Assembly (NCBI GenBank): GCA_963666365.2
Contig: CAXXNF010000001.1
Coordinates: forward strand, 608,001 to 672,000
From: Syntrophales bacterium
GTDB taxonomy: Bacteria > Desulfobacterota > Syntrophia > Syntrophales > UBA2210
DNA: 64,000 nucleotides
Reading direction: 5' to 3'
How positions within the stretch are numbered: the first letter of the stretch is position 1; every line of letters starts with the position of its first letter. A model generated the notes under the pieces. That model was not told where the DNA came from. It ran no database searches and saw nothing but the letters and a program-made list of their open reading frames with translations. Below, piece by piece: positions 9,496 through 20,138 of this stretch. The position numbers were made by a program, and so were the translations under genes.

Positions 9496-9976
9496 CGCGT
9501 ACTGGAATGAAGAAGAACGGATTTTCGCGCAGGGGCGCTGGGAACAAGTGGAAACAAAAAAATGTTTTTCCTCTGCGCCTTGGCGTCTTGCGGGAGAAAA
9601 TAAATACGGTGCTTAGAAGTCCAAACAACAAACTGTATGAAACGACTTCGTAAAAACTCCAGAGGCAAGGCGGGCGAATCAGCAGTGTTTCGGGCGCCTG
9701 CCGTCGATACCCAACTGCCGGATTTCCCCCCATACAAGACCGATACTTTGTCCCTATTGACTCATTACCGATTTTTTTATATGGCGACCATCGGTGGGGT
9801 TGAACTGAATTTTACACCTTAAGATTCGCTCAAACCAACGTCTTCGCCATCCCTCTCGAAGGAAGTCGCAGGGAGAGAAAACGGGCAATGGATGGTGTGC
9901 GACGCCGTTTCCCCGCCAGGGATACGTTCTTTATAATATCGGGCTTGTGCATATAACCAATAAGGGAGGTTACAGC

Positions 9977-11482
9977 ATGAATATCGCACAATTAGCGGTA
10001 CAGGGAATCGAAACGTACGGGGAACACGTAAGCGTCGTGTTCGAAGCAAAGGAAATCACCAATGTAGAGATGGACCTTGCAGCCCGGAAACTGGGAAACG
10101 CTCTCAGGAACCTGGAAGTGACCCGTGGCGACAGGGTCATCCTGCAGATGCCGAATTGCCCTGAGGTACTTCAGGCTTTTCAGGCCGTCTGGAAAATCGG
10201 CGCCATTGTGATCCCTATCAACTACATGGTGGGAGAAGAAGAAATCGCCTATATTTACCGGGACTCCGGTGCGAACACCGTCATCACGTCACCCCTGTAT
10301 CTGCCCAAGGTTCAGGCGGCCATGACCACGTCGCCGGGCATCAAAAACGTTATTGTCGTGGCGCCCGAAGCGCCCGAAGGCACGCTGTCCTATGGGAAAC
10401 TCATTGAAGGGAGCTCCGATGAACTGGAGATGGTTGAAACCGAAAATGACGACATAGCCGCGCTCGTCTATACTTCGGGAACAACGGGGCAGCCCAAAGG
10501 GGTCATGCACACACATTTCGGACTTTACTCAAACGCAAAGGCGCAATGCGACTCAACCCCGTTTCCCCCCGACATGATCAGTCTTGCCGTGCTGCCCCTG
10601 TGCCACTCCTACGGCATCGCCGTTATGAACGGGGCGTTTCTGCGGGGAAAGAGCAAGACCATCGTCCTGCCGTCGGTGGACCTGGAAAAAATGTTTTCAT
10701 CCATCGAAAGGTACAAGATCGAATCGGTGGCCGCCGTGCCCACGATTTATGTGTACATGCTCCTCTATCCCGACGCCGGCAACTATAACGTAAGTTCTGT
10801 GAAATACTGGACGACCGGTTCGGCGCCCCTTGCCTATGAAACCTGGAAAGAGTTCAAGGAAAAATTCGGCGGCGAGATCACCGAGGGATGGGGGTTGACG
10901 GAGGCCGCGGCAAATAACACCATCAATCCTTATGACGAAAGAAAAAAACTCGGCTCCATCGGTCTTCCCATGAAGGGCATCGAGATGAGGATTTTCGACG
11001 ATGACGACAATGAACTGCCGCCGGGGAAAGAGGGGGAAATCGTCATTCGAGGTCCCATGGTCATGAAGGGGTACTGGAACAAACCGGAGGAAACGGCGGA
11101 TGTGATCAGAAACGGGTGGCTCCATACGGGCGATGTGGGATATGTCGATGAGGAGGGTTTTTTCTTCATTACCGACCGCAAGAAGGACATCATCATCAAA
11201 GGGGGCGAGAACATATCCCCCCGGACAATCGAAGAAGTCCTCTATCAGTATCCCAAGGTGTCGGAAGCCGCCGTCATCGGCATCAAGGATCCTGTCTACG
11301 GTGAAGACATCAAGGCCTTCGTGACGCTAAAGCCGGGAGAAACCGCGACCGTGGAAGAAATTATGGAATTCTGCACCAAAAACCTCAAGAGATTCCGGGT
11401 TCCCAAAGAGCTTGTGATTATGGACGCCCTTCCCAAGAACCTGGTGGGAAAAATCCTCAAGAAAGAATTGCGGAAGCTGTAA
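9977..11482 (+). CDS. Long-chain fatty acid--CoA ligase (AMP-binding enzyme)
   Basis: YTSGTTGQPKG, GWGLTE, WLHTGD, DRKKD, GKILK; GGAGG RBS. Confidence 0.93.
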   Translation: MNIAQLAVQGIETYGEHVSVVFEAKEITNVEMDLAARKLGNALRNLEVTRGDRVILQMPNCPEVLQAFQAVWKIGAIVIPINYMVGEEEIAYIYRDSGANTVITSPLYLPKVQAAMTTSPGIKNVIVVAPEAPEGTLSYGKLIEGSSDELEMVETENDDIAALVYTSGTTGQPKGVMHTHFGLYSNAKAQCDSTPFPPDMISLAVLPLCHSYGIAVMNGAFLRGKSKTIVLPSVDLEKMFSSIERYKIESVAAVPTIYVYMLLYPDAGNYNVSSVKYWTTGSAPLAYETWKEFKEKFGGEITEGWGLTEAAANNTINPYDERKKLGSIGLPMKGIEMRIFDDDDNELPPGKEGEIVIRGPMVMKGYWNKPEETADVIRNGWLHTGDVGYVDEEGFFFITDRKKDIIIKGGENISPRTIEEVLYQYPKVSEAAVIGIKDPVYGEDIKAFVTLKPGETATVEEIMEFCTKNLKRFRVPKELVIMDALPKNLVGKILKKELRKL

Positions 11483-11508
11483 AAAAATCTGCACACTTTC
11501 AACCAAGC

Positions 11509-11538
11509 GCCCGTTCCTGCTCCTTTCAGGGAACGGGC
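11509..11538. terminator. Hairpin between convergent genes
   Basis: GCCCGTTCC/GGAACGGGC stem. Confidence 0.5.
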
Positions 11539-11578
11539 CTGTGTTCCACAGACGGCGCAATCGGTAAAAAATATTATT

Positions 11579-13564
11579 CTATTCTATTTTCTTTTCCTCT
11601 TTTATTTCAAGTATGTTCATCGCCTTGTCAATTGCAATGTGACTTCCAAAAAGAACCAGTTGATCGGCCGCCTGTAACACAAAATCGCTGGGTGGATTGG
11701 TAATTGTCTGATTGTCGCGTATAATGTTTATAATCAGTGCTCCCGATCGGGCCTTGAGGTCTATGTCCCTGATGCTCTTGCCTATATTCATATTATTGCT
11801 GCCGACAAACCATGTTTCGATCGTTCCCTGCGCGAGAATCTGGTTGATCTGATCAAAGGCTTCCGGTGTAAACCGGACATCGCGGAACACACCGTATGAT
11901 CTGTTTCGGATGATATTGCCCTCGGCGAGAATGATGCTGTTGGGAATGTGAAACAACCGGAGAACGCGGCTGAAAATCTGAATAGAGGTTTCAAATTCCT
12001 CGGGAATCACATCGTTCGCTCCCAGTGCCAGCAGACCTTCAATATCTTCGACGTATCGTGTCCGGACAATGACATGCAGCCCCGGGTTGACGGCCTTGGC
12101 ACGGGCCAGGCAGATTTTTGTCACATAGCGATCTGAAATGGCGATTACCATTACACGAGCGGCTTTCACATTTGCCCGTTGGATAATTTCCATACTGGAC
12201 GCGTCACCCCATATCCTATGTGCATCCCCTCTGCGCTTTGATTTCTTTATTTTCCAGTAATTGAGATCAATAACCACATAATCAATGGCGGTATTTTTGA
12301 GAACCTTGACCAGATTGCGGCCATTGAGCCCCATACCGCATATAATCACATGGTTGAAAACATTTTCACATGAATCCCCGTTACCTTCCCGCAGGGAGAC
12401 ATGGTCGCTTCTTCTCGTCAGTACGTAACACACCAGAGAAATGAGCAGCGGAGTGGCAATAAATGTAAGAACGGCAGCAGCGATAAATGTTTGATAGAGG
12501 TAGCTGGAAATGAGGCTATGTGTAAACCCTTGAGACGCCAGTACAAATGAAAATTCACCTATCTGCGACAGCAGAACGCCCGAGAGTACTGCTACGCGCA
12601 GAGACTGCCCCAAGGCTTTGACCAGGCCGAAGACAATGACGGCCTTAACGACAATAATCATGGCCGAGGTGAAAAGGATGTAGCCGGTGTGTGCCAGCAA
12701 GAAATCAACATTGAGAATCATGCCGAAGGATACAAAAAACACCGACAACGATACATCCCTGAAAGGATTCACATCACTGATAATCTGATAGGTAAAATCG
12801 GTGTCGGACAAAGCCAGCCCGGCCAGAAAGGCGCCGATGGCCAGTGACAACCCCATAGATTCCGTAATCCAGGCAATCCCCATCGTAATGACCACGGAAG
12901 CAATCACCTGCATTTCGCGCATATTCATGCCGACCAGGCGTTCCATCACAAAAGGAATGACATAGCGGCCCGCTGCCATAATAACGGCAACAATCAGAAT
13001 TGATTTTACCAGTTTCCATAAAATCATCATTGCGTCGGCACTGATGTCGCCGGCAAGAAAAGGAATGAACAACATCATCGGCACCACCATCAGGTCCTGA
13101 AACAGAATGACGCCAACGGAAAATCTGCCCTGCAGTGAATCTTCATCCCCCCGGTCTTTCAGCATCTTCAGGATCAGGGCGGAAGAGCTATGGACCAGAA
13201 TGAATCCGATAAAAACAGACTGCCCGATATTCAGCTGCAGTGCACACCCGATTCCCGCGCCAATAAGAAATGTGCACAGGACCTGCAATCCGCCCGTCAG
13301 AAAAATATTGGACAAATTTTTTATAAAACGGGAAAGCTGGATGTCGATGCCGATAGTGAAAAGCAGAAAGGCCACACCCAGTTCTGCAAGAAAATGAATC
13401 CCCGCCATATCGTCAATCAGCTTCAGCCCGAACGGCCCGATAATAATGCCGGTTATGAGAAACCCAATGATGGAGGGCAGTTTGATTTTATTGAAGAGAT
13501 AAATAACCGGTATGGAAAACCCAAATATGATTACCAACTGTTGGATGAATTTAAGTCCTTCCAC
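11579..13564 (-). CDS. CPA2-family cation:proton antiporter (Kef-like) with TrkA-N and TrkA-C domains
   Basis: Multi-TM N-terminus with AELGVAFLLFTIG, LFQDL, GAFLAG, SQIGEFSFVL; ICGMGLNG RCK motif; C-terminal TrkA-C. Confidence 0.92.
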   Translation of the reverse strand: MEGLKFIQQLVIIFGFSIPVIYLFNKIKLPSIIGFLITGIIIGPFGLKLIDDMAGIHFLAELGVAFLLFTIGIDIQLSRFIKNLSNIFLTGGLQVLCTFLIGAGIGCALQLNIGQSVFIGFILVHSSSALILKMLKDRGDEDSLQGRFSVGVILFQDLMVVPMMLFIPFLAGDISADAMMILWKLVKSILIVAVIMAAGRYVIPFVMERLVGMNMREMQVIASVVITMGIAWITESMGLSLAIGAFLAGLALSDTDFTYQIISDVNPFRDVSLSVFFVSFGMILNVDFLLAHTGYILFTSAMIIVVKAVIVFGLVKALGQSLRVAVLSGVLLSQIGEFSFVLASQGFTHSLISSYLYQTFIAAAVLTFIATPLLISLVCYVLTRRSDHVSLREGNGDSCENVFNHVIICGMGLNGRNLVKVLKNTAIDYVVIDLNYWKIKKSKRRGDAHRIWGDASSMEIIQRANVKAARVMVIAISDRYVTKICLARAKAVNPGLHVIVRTRYVEDIEGLLALGANDVIPEEFETSIQIFSRVLRLFHIPNSIILAEGNIIRNRSYGVFRDVRFTPEAFDQINQILAQGTIETWFVGSNNMNIGKSIRDIDLKARSGALIINIIRDNQTITNPPSDFVLQAADQLVLFGSHIAIDKAMNILEIKEEKKIE

Positions 13565-13715
13565 CGATATCCCCGATATATAAAGGGCGCCATCTGTCGC
13601 CCATCTCTTGGAAACAGTTCTTCATATACTGGTTGCGTGAACAAAATGCAAAATATTTGGTGAACTGGAAGAACAGTCATTTCATACCGAAGCTGCCCGG
13701 GGAAACCCGGCGTTG

Positions 13716-16700
13716 CTACCTGTGAAAACAGATCACCTTCCGGTGCACTACATCGGCCATAATTTTTAAGTCAGCGCCGGCTACATCATATACGCCGATC
13801 ACATCTCTGTAGGCAGCGTAATCAGGCGCCAGTTCTTCCAGCTTGTTGGCAAAACCGGAAAGCCAATTGACATTGAAGCGAACTCCCTTATTGCCGGGGA
13901 AAACAGCAAGATAAAATATGCCTGTTTCCACCAGATCCTGGAAAAAATGCGTGCCGTAAGAAAGCTCGGGCATCAGGTTACCCATTGCATAGGCGATTTC
14001 TCCCAATACGCTTATGTTATTGATATCCGAAAACCGCACGGGCACTCCCAGCGAAGGAGTGGTCGACCCCCATCGTCCCGGTCCCAGAAGCATGACGGGA
14101 AGTTCACTCCTATCGGAGATCCGTCGGTTAAGACGGCCGATACAACGGGCGATATCGTGTTTCTGCGACAGTGAAAGTTCAGTATACTCCTTCGGATTGA
14201 CGTAGACAATTCTAAGGATCCGTTCTGAAATACTGCCGCCGAAGAAATTCCCTTCAAACTCGAAAAATATCCTGTCCATGGCCATTTTGCCGGGCAATTC
14301 CACCCTCTTCTCCTGCCCGATTGTCTGCAGGGGACGACACTGGAGAAGGTTAATCTTGAACTCATCCTTTCCGGAAAAATTTACCGTAAATTCCGTATCG
14401 ACGGGATATTGATAAATGGTCTCCAGTTTTTTCATCATGTTCTGCATGGTTCGGGCATAGGAAGAACGGGACAGTAATTCATCGAAGGTGATGATCCATG
14501 CCTCCTGATCTTTGATGCCCTGTTCCCGAATTCTCTCGTTTATCTCATGATCTCGCACGGCGATGAGGTCCAGATTTATCTCAAGCTGCTGCCCCATGAG
14601 ATTGAGCACGGAGATTGTCTCCAGCTCGCTTTTTTCCAGATTGAGCACATCCACTTCCCTTTGCGAAAATCGGCGCGTGTCTTCCATGCCGGCATGAGGC
14701 TTCTGTAATGGCGCATCGAGCGCTACAATGCGGGGATAATCTCCCTCGACACGATTGACGGCGCGGGTCCCCAGCCCCAACACGAGCCTGAGCATGCCCG
14801 CCTCGGGAATCATGTCCTTTTTCCAGGTAAAAATATTGTAGGACATGCCCACACCCGCCATATCAGGGAAGAAGTAGTGTTTGTGATGAGAACCGGAAAC
14901 CCGTTGCACCAGAAGGGCCATCTGTTCATCAATCTCGGAGAGCCCCCGCTGCAGGCGGTAGGTCAACGCATCTACATTCATGGTGCTGGCGTAAATGGCG
15001 CGCACCGCCTCTTCGAAGGTGTGGTACCGCTCTTCCGGCGATCCCTGGTTCGGCAGGAATATGCTGTCGTATTTTCCAGCAAAGGCATTGCCGAAATTGT
15101 CTTCCAGAAGACTGCTCGATCTGACGATTATGGGAGATTGGCCGAAATATTCAAGCATCCTCATAAACTGATCCTTGATTTCGTCAGGGAATATTCCTGT
15201 TTTCATCTTTTCTCTCAGTACCTGCGCTTTTTCGAAGTAGCCCCCCTTCGTCTTCTGATCCATGCGAAGGCGCCACCAGCCATTTTGCACCAGGTAGGTG
15301 TAGAATACGTCGGACCCGACATAGAACGAATCGTGGGCTTCGAGTTGACTGCGCCAGTCGAAGAGTTCGTCCTTTTCAAGGATTCTTCGAGCCATCAGCA
15401 TACCGACCGATTTACCCCCCACATAGCCGGTTCCGATCAGGCGCTCGCGAATTCTCAGCAGGTCCTCAAGAGAAAAATTCTCTTTTACCAGCATGGCCAT
15501 CCGCGGATCCCTGGTGATCATAATCTTGCAGATCCTGTCGATCATTTCCTCTTTCCGCACAGTTTCCCAGGGCTTTTCAAGAAGCTCCTCCGCATCGATA
15601 AAGAGGCGGTCCCAATAGTCAAGGCTCAATTCGCCTTTTTCGGTTCTTCGAAGGGAAAGTTCCGAAAAGAGTTTCGCTGCATCTACACTGTTGATGATCG
15701 GCACAAACCCCTCGTGTTCCTTCACATGGGGAAGGAACATGGTCGGCGAGTACCGCTGCCACACCTTCAGTGGATGCACATAGAGTTTGTTTCTGGCAGT
15801 GAATACATCGAGCAGGAGCTGTGTCGTTTCACGAATTCTGGCCACAGTTTGAAAGGCATGACTCTCACGGATCAGGGCAAAGTAGGCAATGGTGTTCAGC
15901 TCGAAAAGGTAGGGACAGGTGATGACAAAAAAATTACCGATCATCAAGTCGGTAGCCCATTCCGAAAGAAGATTCGACAGACAATCGAACACATAATAGA
16001 CACCGTCCCCCTCTTTGGTGACGATGTTGTATACTTCGGTGGAAAAAGATTCAAAACCGTTTCGAGGGTCGACACGGTACAGGATTACTCTCTCATCGTC
16101 CACCATTGGTTCGTGGTCCGCAAACCGGATATAGACGACCCTTTTATCATCCTTGAGCGCCGATTGCACAAAAAGGCCGGCGAAGTACCTGTAGTCCGCA
16201 AGATCATCAACCTGCCAGACCACATTGTCGCCAAGTCTGAGGCTGTCGATTACACCGTCGAAGGAGGCAATGCCCGTCGATACGGGCTGGGCGCTCTTGT
16301 TTCGCTCACGCTGCAGGCGCTGCCGCTCTTTCAAAGAAAACTCCTTCTCATCCTCTTCCTGCTGGCACGCACGCACGACCTGGGATATCATGGACGCAAT
16401 GATGGAGAGAAACCGCAGATCTTCCTGAAGCATCGACTCTTCGGCATTCTCCCTGTCGGCACTCAGCGTTCCCACCACTTCGTTCTGTACCTTGACGGGC
16501 ACACAGATGAAGGCAATATCTCTCGCGCCGAGATTCTTCCGCACACCGGTGCGGTCGAGAAACCTCGGGTCCTCCTCAACACGAGGCACTACCATCGCCT
16601 CACCCGTCTCAACCACCATTCCGATAATTCCTTCGCCCCTGCTGTATCGACCACGCTTCTTTTGAACTTCAGAAAGACCATGGGCCGCCACAATGGAAGT

Positions 16701-16895
16701 TTCGCCGGACCTGCGGTTTACCAGTGTCAGAATACCCCGTTTCATCCCCATAGTGTGCATGGTCCGCAAAATGGGATTGCCTATCTTATCTAACTCCCCG
16801 CTTCTTCCCAGCTTACGACTTATCTCCCACAGCAGCGACAGTTCCTGTGCATCCCTCTTCGACGGGAACTGTCCGTCCATATCGTCAGTCTTCAT
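13716..16895 (-). CDS. GAF domain + PEP/pyruvate-binding (PEP synthase-like ATP-grasp) fusion protein
   Basis: N-terminal NifA-type GAF; central STGIASFDGVI...GDNVVW segment; ATP-grasp motifs GGKSVG, VRSSSLLED, FAGKYDS, LLVQRV, GLGTRAV, DTEF, LLQCRP; C-terminal GPGRWGS...SYGTHFF. Confidence 0.88.
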   Translation of the reverse strand: MKTDDMDGQFPSKRDAQELSLLWEISRKLGRSGELDKIGNPILRTMHTMGMKRGILTLVNRRSGETSIVAAHGLSEVQKKRGRYSRGEGIIGMVVETGEAMVVPRVEEDPRFLDRTGVRKNLGARDIAFICVPVKVQNEVVGTLSADRENAEESMLQEDLRFLSIIASMISQVVRACQQEEDEKEFSLKERQRLQRERNKSAQPVSTGIASFDGVIDSLRLGDNVVWQVDDLADYRYFAGLFVQSALKDDKRVVYIRFADHEPMVDDERVILYRVDPRNGFESFSTEVYNIVTKEGDGVYYVFDCLSNLLSEWATDLMIGNFFVITCPYLFELNTIAYFALIRESHAFQTVARIRETTQLLLDVFTARNKLYVHPLKVWQRYSPTMFLPHVKEHEGFVPIINSVDAAKLFSELSLRRTEKGELSLDYWDRLFIDAEELLEKPWETVRKEEMIDRICKIMITRDPRMAMLVKENFSLEDLLRIRERLIGTGYVGGKSVGMLMARRILEKDELFDWRSQLEAHDSFYVGSDVFYTYLVQNGWWRLRMDQKTKGGYFEKAQVLREKMKTGIFPDEIKDQFMRMLEYFGQSPIIVRSSSLLEDNFGNAFAGKYDSIFLPNQGSPEERYHTFEEAVRAIYASTMNVDALTYRLQRGLSEIDEQMALLVQRVSGSHHKHYFFPDMAGVGMSYNIFTWKKDMIPEAGMLRLVLGLGTRAVNRVEGDYPRIVALDAPLQKPHAGMEDTRRFSQREVDVLNLEKSELETISVLNLMGQQLEINLDLIAVRDHEINERIREQGIKDQEAWIITFDELLSRSSYARTMQNMMKKLETIYQYPVDTEFTVNFSGKDEFKINLLQCRPLQTIGQEKRVELPGKMAMDRIFFEFEGNFFGGSISERILRIVYVNPKEYTELSLSQKHDIARCIGRLNRRISDRSELPVMLLGPGRWGSTTPSLGVPVRFSDINNISVLGEIAYAMGNLMPELSYGTHFFQDLVETGIFYLAVFPGNKGVRFNVNWLSGFANKLEELAPDYAAYRDVIGVYDVAGADLKIMADVVHRKVICFHR

Positions 16896-16909
16896 GAAAC
16901 GAATCTCCT

Positions 16910-19900
16910 TTATTCCTTCTTATATATTTCCTGCAGCGATTGTACAGATAATGATCCCTTCCTCAACACGCCGATCGCGTTCACCATTGCTCCGGCGGCC
17001 GAAACAGTGGTTACGATTGGAATGGCATGATCGATGGCACTGCCTCTGATCCGTATCTCGTCTCTACGGGGTTTGGGACCGCTCGGCGTATTTATCACAA
17101 GCGCCACGGTTCTGTTTTTAATGTAATCAAGAATATTGGGCCGTCCTTCGTCGAGCTTCGGAAGCTTCGTTACCGCTATGGCGTGATCCCTGAACAGTTC
17201 CGCCGTACCCGGGGTGGCCAGGATCTCAAATCCCATATCGGCAAACTGCCTGCCTATGGGCAGAATGGCATGCTTGTCATAATCCTTGACACTGATAAAC
17301 ACACTGCCCTTGAGGGGAACATCCTGTCCTGCAGCAATTTGGCTCTTTCCGAAGGCTACCCCCAAATCGGGATCATGCCCCATCACCTCTCCCGTCGATT
17401 TCATTTCCGGACCCAGGAGGGTGTCGGCACCTGCAAATCGGCTGAAAGGAAGGACCGACTCCTTGACGGCAAAATAGCGCGGCATCGGATCGTCCTTAAT
17501 TCCCTGCTCCTTCAGCGATATGCCCGCCATCACTTTGGTGGCGACCTTTGCCAGGGGAACCCCTGTTGCCTTTGATACGAACGGCACTGTTCTCGACCCG
17601 CGCGGATTGACCTCCAGTACGTAGATTTCGTCATCCTTCACGGCGTACTGTACATTGAGAAGTCCCTGAACCCCCAGCTCAAGGGCCATGCGCCGCGTTT
17701 GATCCTTGATTGATGCGATCAGCTCCCCGCTCAGGGAGTAGGCAGGAAGCACCATGGCGCTGTCTCCCGAGTGAATGCCCGCGTGCTCTATATGCTCCAT
17801 GACGCCCCCCACGATCACATGGCAGCCGTCGCCCACGGCATCCACGTCTATCTCTATGGCGTCTTCCAGAAATTTGTCGATGAGGATCGGGTGATCGGGC
17901 GATGCCTTGAAGGCCTCCCGTACAAAACCTTCCAGATCGGCCCGGCTCCAGACGGTGACCATGGCCCGTCCTCCCAGCACATAGGAGGGACGGATAAGGA
18001 CGGGATACCCGATTCGTTCGACAATGGATTCCACTTCCTCGAAAGTGCGAGCCGTGCCGCTTTCGGGCTGCCGAATATTGAGTGTGTCCACAAGCTCCTT
18101 GAAGAGCTGCCGATCCTCGGCCCGGTCGATCGCCTGCGGAGACGTCCCCAGTATCCGCACTCCCCGCACCGCAAGCGGCACGGCGAGATTCAGCGGCGTC
18201 TGGCCGCCAAGCTGCACGATGACCCCTTCCGGCTTTTCTTTTTCGATAATATTCAGCACATCTTCCAGCGTAAGGGGCTCGAAGTAGAGCCGATCAGATA
18301 TGTCGTAATCGGTGGACACGGTTTCGGGATTGGAGTTCACCATAATCGTCTCGTATCCCAGTTCCCGCAATACCATGGAGGCATGGACACAGCAGTAATC
18401 GAACTCTATCCCCTGGCCGATTCTGTTGGGACCGCCCCCGATAATCATGATCTTCTTTTTCTCCCCTCCGCGACTTTCATCCTCCTCGGCATAAGTGGAA
18501 TAGAAGTAAGGGGTGTAGGCCTCGAATTCGGCAGCGCAGGTATCGACAAGTTTGTAGACGGGCACAATCCCCGCCTCTTTTCTCCGCCGTCTCACTTCAT
18601 CCTCCGAGGACCCGATAACTGCGCCGATCTGGCGGTCGGAAAACCCGCACTCCTTTACCCGTCTCATCAGGTCCCGGGGCACACTCTCCAGGTCCCCGCA
18701 TGCGGCCAGCTCCTGTTCCGTTTCAATAATTTCCTGAATGTTGTCCAGAAACCAGGGGTCGATCCCCGTAAGCTCGGCGACTCGCTCCAGGGGCATTCCC
18801 TTTTCGAGGGCGTGACGGACATAGAAAAGTCTCTGCGGCGTGGGACGGGAAAGCAGGGCCACACCATAACTTTCAAAATCAATGGCATCGTCGGGTAGCT
18901 TTTCGAGACCGCCAAGACCGATCTCCAGTCCGCGGAGCCCCTTCTGCAGGGCCTCCTTGAATGTTCTCCCGATGGCCATGGTCTCGCCCACCGATTTCAT
19001 CGATATGGTAAGGGTATCGTCGGCGCCGGGAAACTTTTCAAAGGCGAAACGGGGTATCTTGACCACACAGTAGTCAATGGCCGGCTCAAAGGAAGCGGGC
19101 GTCTTTTTTGTAATATCGTTTGGAATCTCGTCGAGGCTGTATCCCACCGCCAGCTTAGCGGCTATTTTCGCGATGGGAAAGCCCGTGGCCTTCGATGCCA
19201 GCGCCGACGATCGCGAGACCCGGGGATTCATCTCGATCACTGCGATGCGGCCGTTTTCGGGGTGAACAGCGAACTGAATATTCGATCCCCCCGTGGCCAC
19301 GCCTATCTTTCGGATTACGGCGGCGGAGGCGTTCCGAAGCTGCTGATATTCCCTGTCCGTCAGAGTCTGGGCCGGAGCCACCGTAATTGAATCTCCCGTG
19401 TGGACCCCCATGGGATCAAGGTTCTCGATGGAGCATATAATCACGACATTATCCTGCTGATCCCGCATTACCTCGAGTTCGTATTCTTTCCAGCCAAGGA
19501 CGGATTCCTCAATGAGGATCTCGCCGATCATGCTCTGCTCGATCCCCCGATTGGCGAATTCCTCAAACTCCTCGGCATTGTAGGCCAGCGCGCCACCGGT
19601 CCCCCCCAGGGTATAGCTCGGTCTGATGACAAGAGGAAACCCGATGTCATGGGCAATGGCCCGCGCTTCGTCCATGCTATGGGCGACTTCGCTCAGCGGC
19701 GTCGCAAGACCGATTTCGGCCATGGCGGCCTTGAAGGAATCACGATTCTCGGCGCGTTCGATCGCCGCGATGTCGGCGCCGATCATCTCGACGCCGTACC
19801 GGGCAAATACGCCTCTTTCGGCCGCCTTGACGGCCGTATTGAGCGCTGTCTGTCCTCCCAGGGTGGCGAGCACGGCATGAGGCCGCTCTTTTTCGATAAT

Positions 19901-20128
19901 CTTTTCAAGAACCTCCGTCGTGATCGGTTCGATATAGGTATGGTGCGCCATGTCGGGATCAGTCATTATAGTGGCGGGATTCGAATTCAGCAGCACTACC
20001 TCATAGCCTTCTTCGATCAGTGCCTTACAGGCCTGTGTTCCGGAATAGTCGAACTCGCAGGCCTGGCCGATGACAATGGGACCCGATCCTATTATCAATA
20101 TTTTTTTTATATCCTCGCGTTTCGGCAT
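16910..20128 (-). CDS. carB: Carbamoyl-phosphate synthase large subunit
   Basis: [30 protein letters not shown], duplicated ATP-grasp domains, MGS domain. Confidence 0.98.
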   Translation of the reverse strand: MPKREDIKKILIIGSGPIVIGQACEFDYSGTQACKALIEEGYEVVLLNSNPATIMTDPDMAHHTYIEPITTEVLEKIIEKERPHAVLATLGGQTALNTAVKAAERGVFARYGVEMIGADIAAIERAENRDSFKAAMAEIGLATPLSEVAHSMDEARAIAHDIGFPLVIRPSYTLGGTGGALAYNAEEFEEFANRGIEQSMIGEILIEESVLGWKEYELEVMRDQQDNVVIICSIENLDPMGVHTGDSITVAPAQTLTDREYQQLRNASAAVIRKIGVATGGSNIQFAVHPENGRIAVIEMNPRVSRSSALASKATGFPIAKIAAKLAVGYSLDEIPNDITKKTPASFEPAIDYCVVKIPRFAFEKFPGADDTLTISMKSVGETMAIGRTFKEALQKGLRGLEIGLGGLEKLPDDAIDFESYGVALLSRPTPQRLFYVRHALEKGMPLERVAELTGIDPWFLDNIQEIIETEQELAACGDLESVPRDLMRRVKECGFSDRQIGAVIGSSEDEVRRRRKEAGIVPVYKLVDTCAAEFEAYTPYFYSTYAEEDESRGGEKKKIMIIGGGPNRIGQGIEFDYCCVHASMVLRELGYETIMVNSNPETVSTDYDISDRLYFEPLTLEDVLNIIEKEKPEGVIVQLGGQTPLNLAVPLAVRGVRILGTSPQAIDRAEDRQLFKELVDTLNIRQPESGTARTFEEVESIVERIGYPVLIRPSYVLGGRAMVTVWSRADLEGFVREAFKASPDHPILIDKFLEDAIEIDVDAVGDGCHVIVGGVMEHIEHAGIHSGDSAMVLPAYSLSGELIASIKDQTRRMALELGVQGLLNVQYAVKDDEIYVLEVNPRGSRTVPFVSKATGVPLAKVATKVMAGISLKEQGIKDDPMPRYFAVKESVLPFSRFAGADTLLGPEMKSTGEVMGHDPDLGVAFGKSQIAAGQDVPLKGSVFISVKDYDKHAILPIGRQFADMGFEILATPGTAELFRDHAIAVTKLPKLDEGRPNILDYIKNRTVALVINTPSGPKPRRDEIRIRGSAIDHAIPIVTTVSAAGAMVNAIGVLRKGSLSVQSLQEIYKKE

Positions 20129-20138
20129 AGATCCGTTC

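Noticed and set aside
14877..16793. 638-aa plus-strand ORF
   Set aside because: Lies wholly antisense to the GAF-dikinase gene and has no recognisable motifs; shadow ORF.
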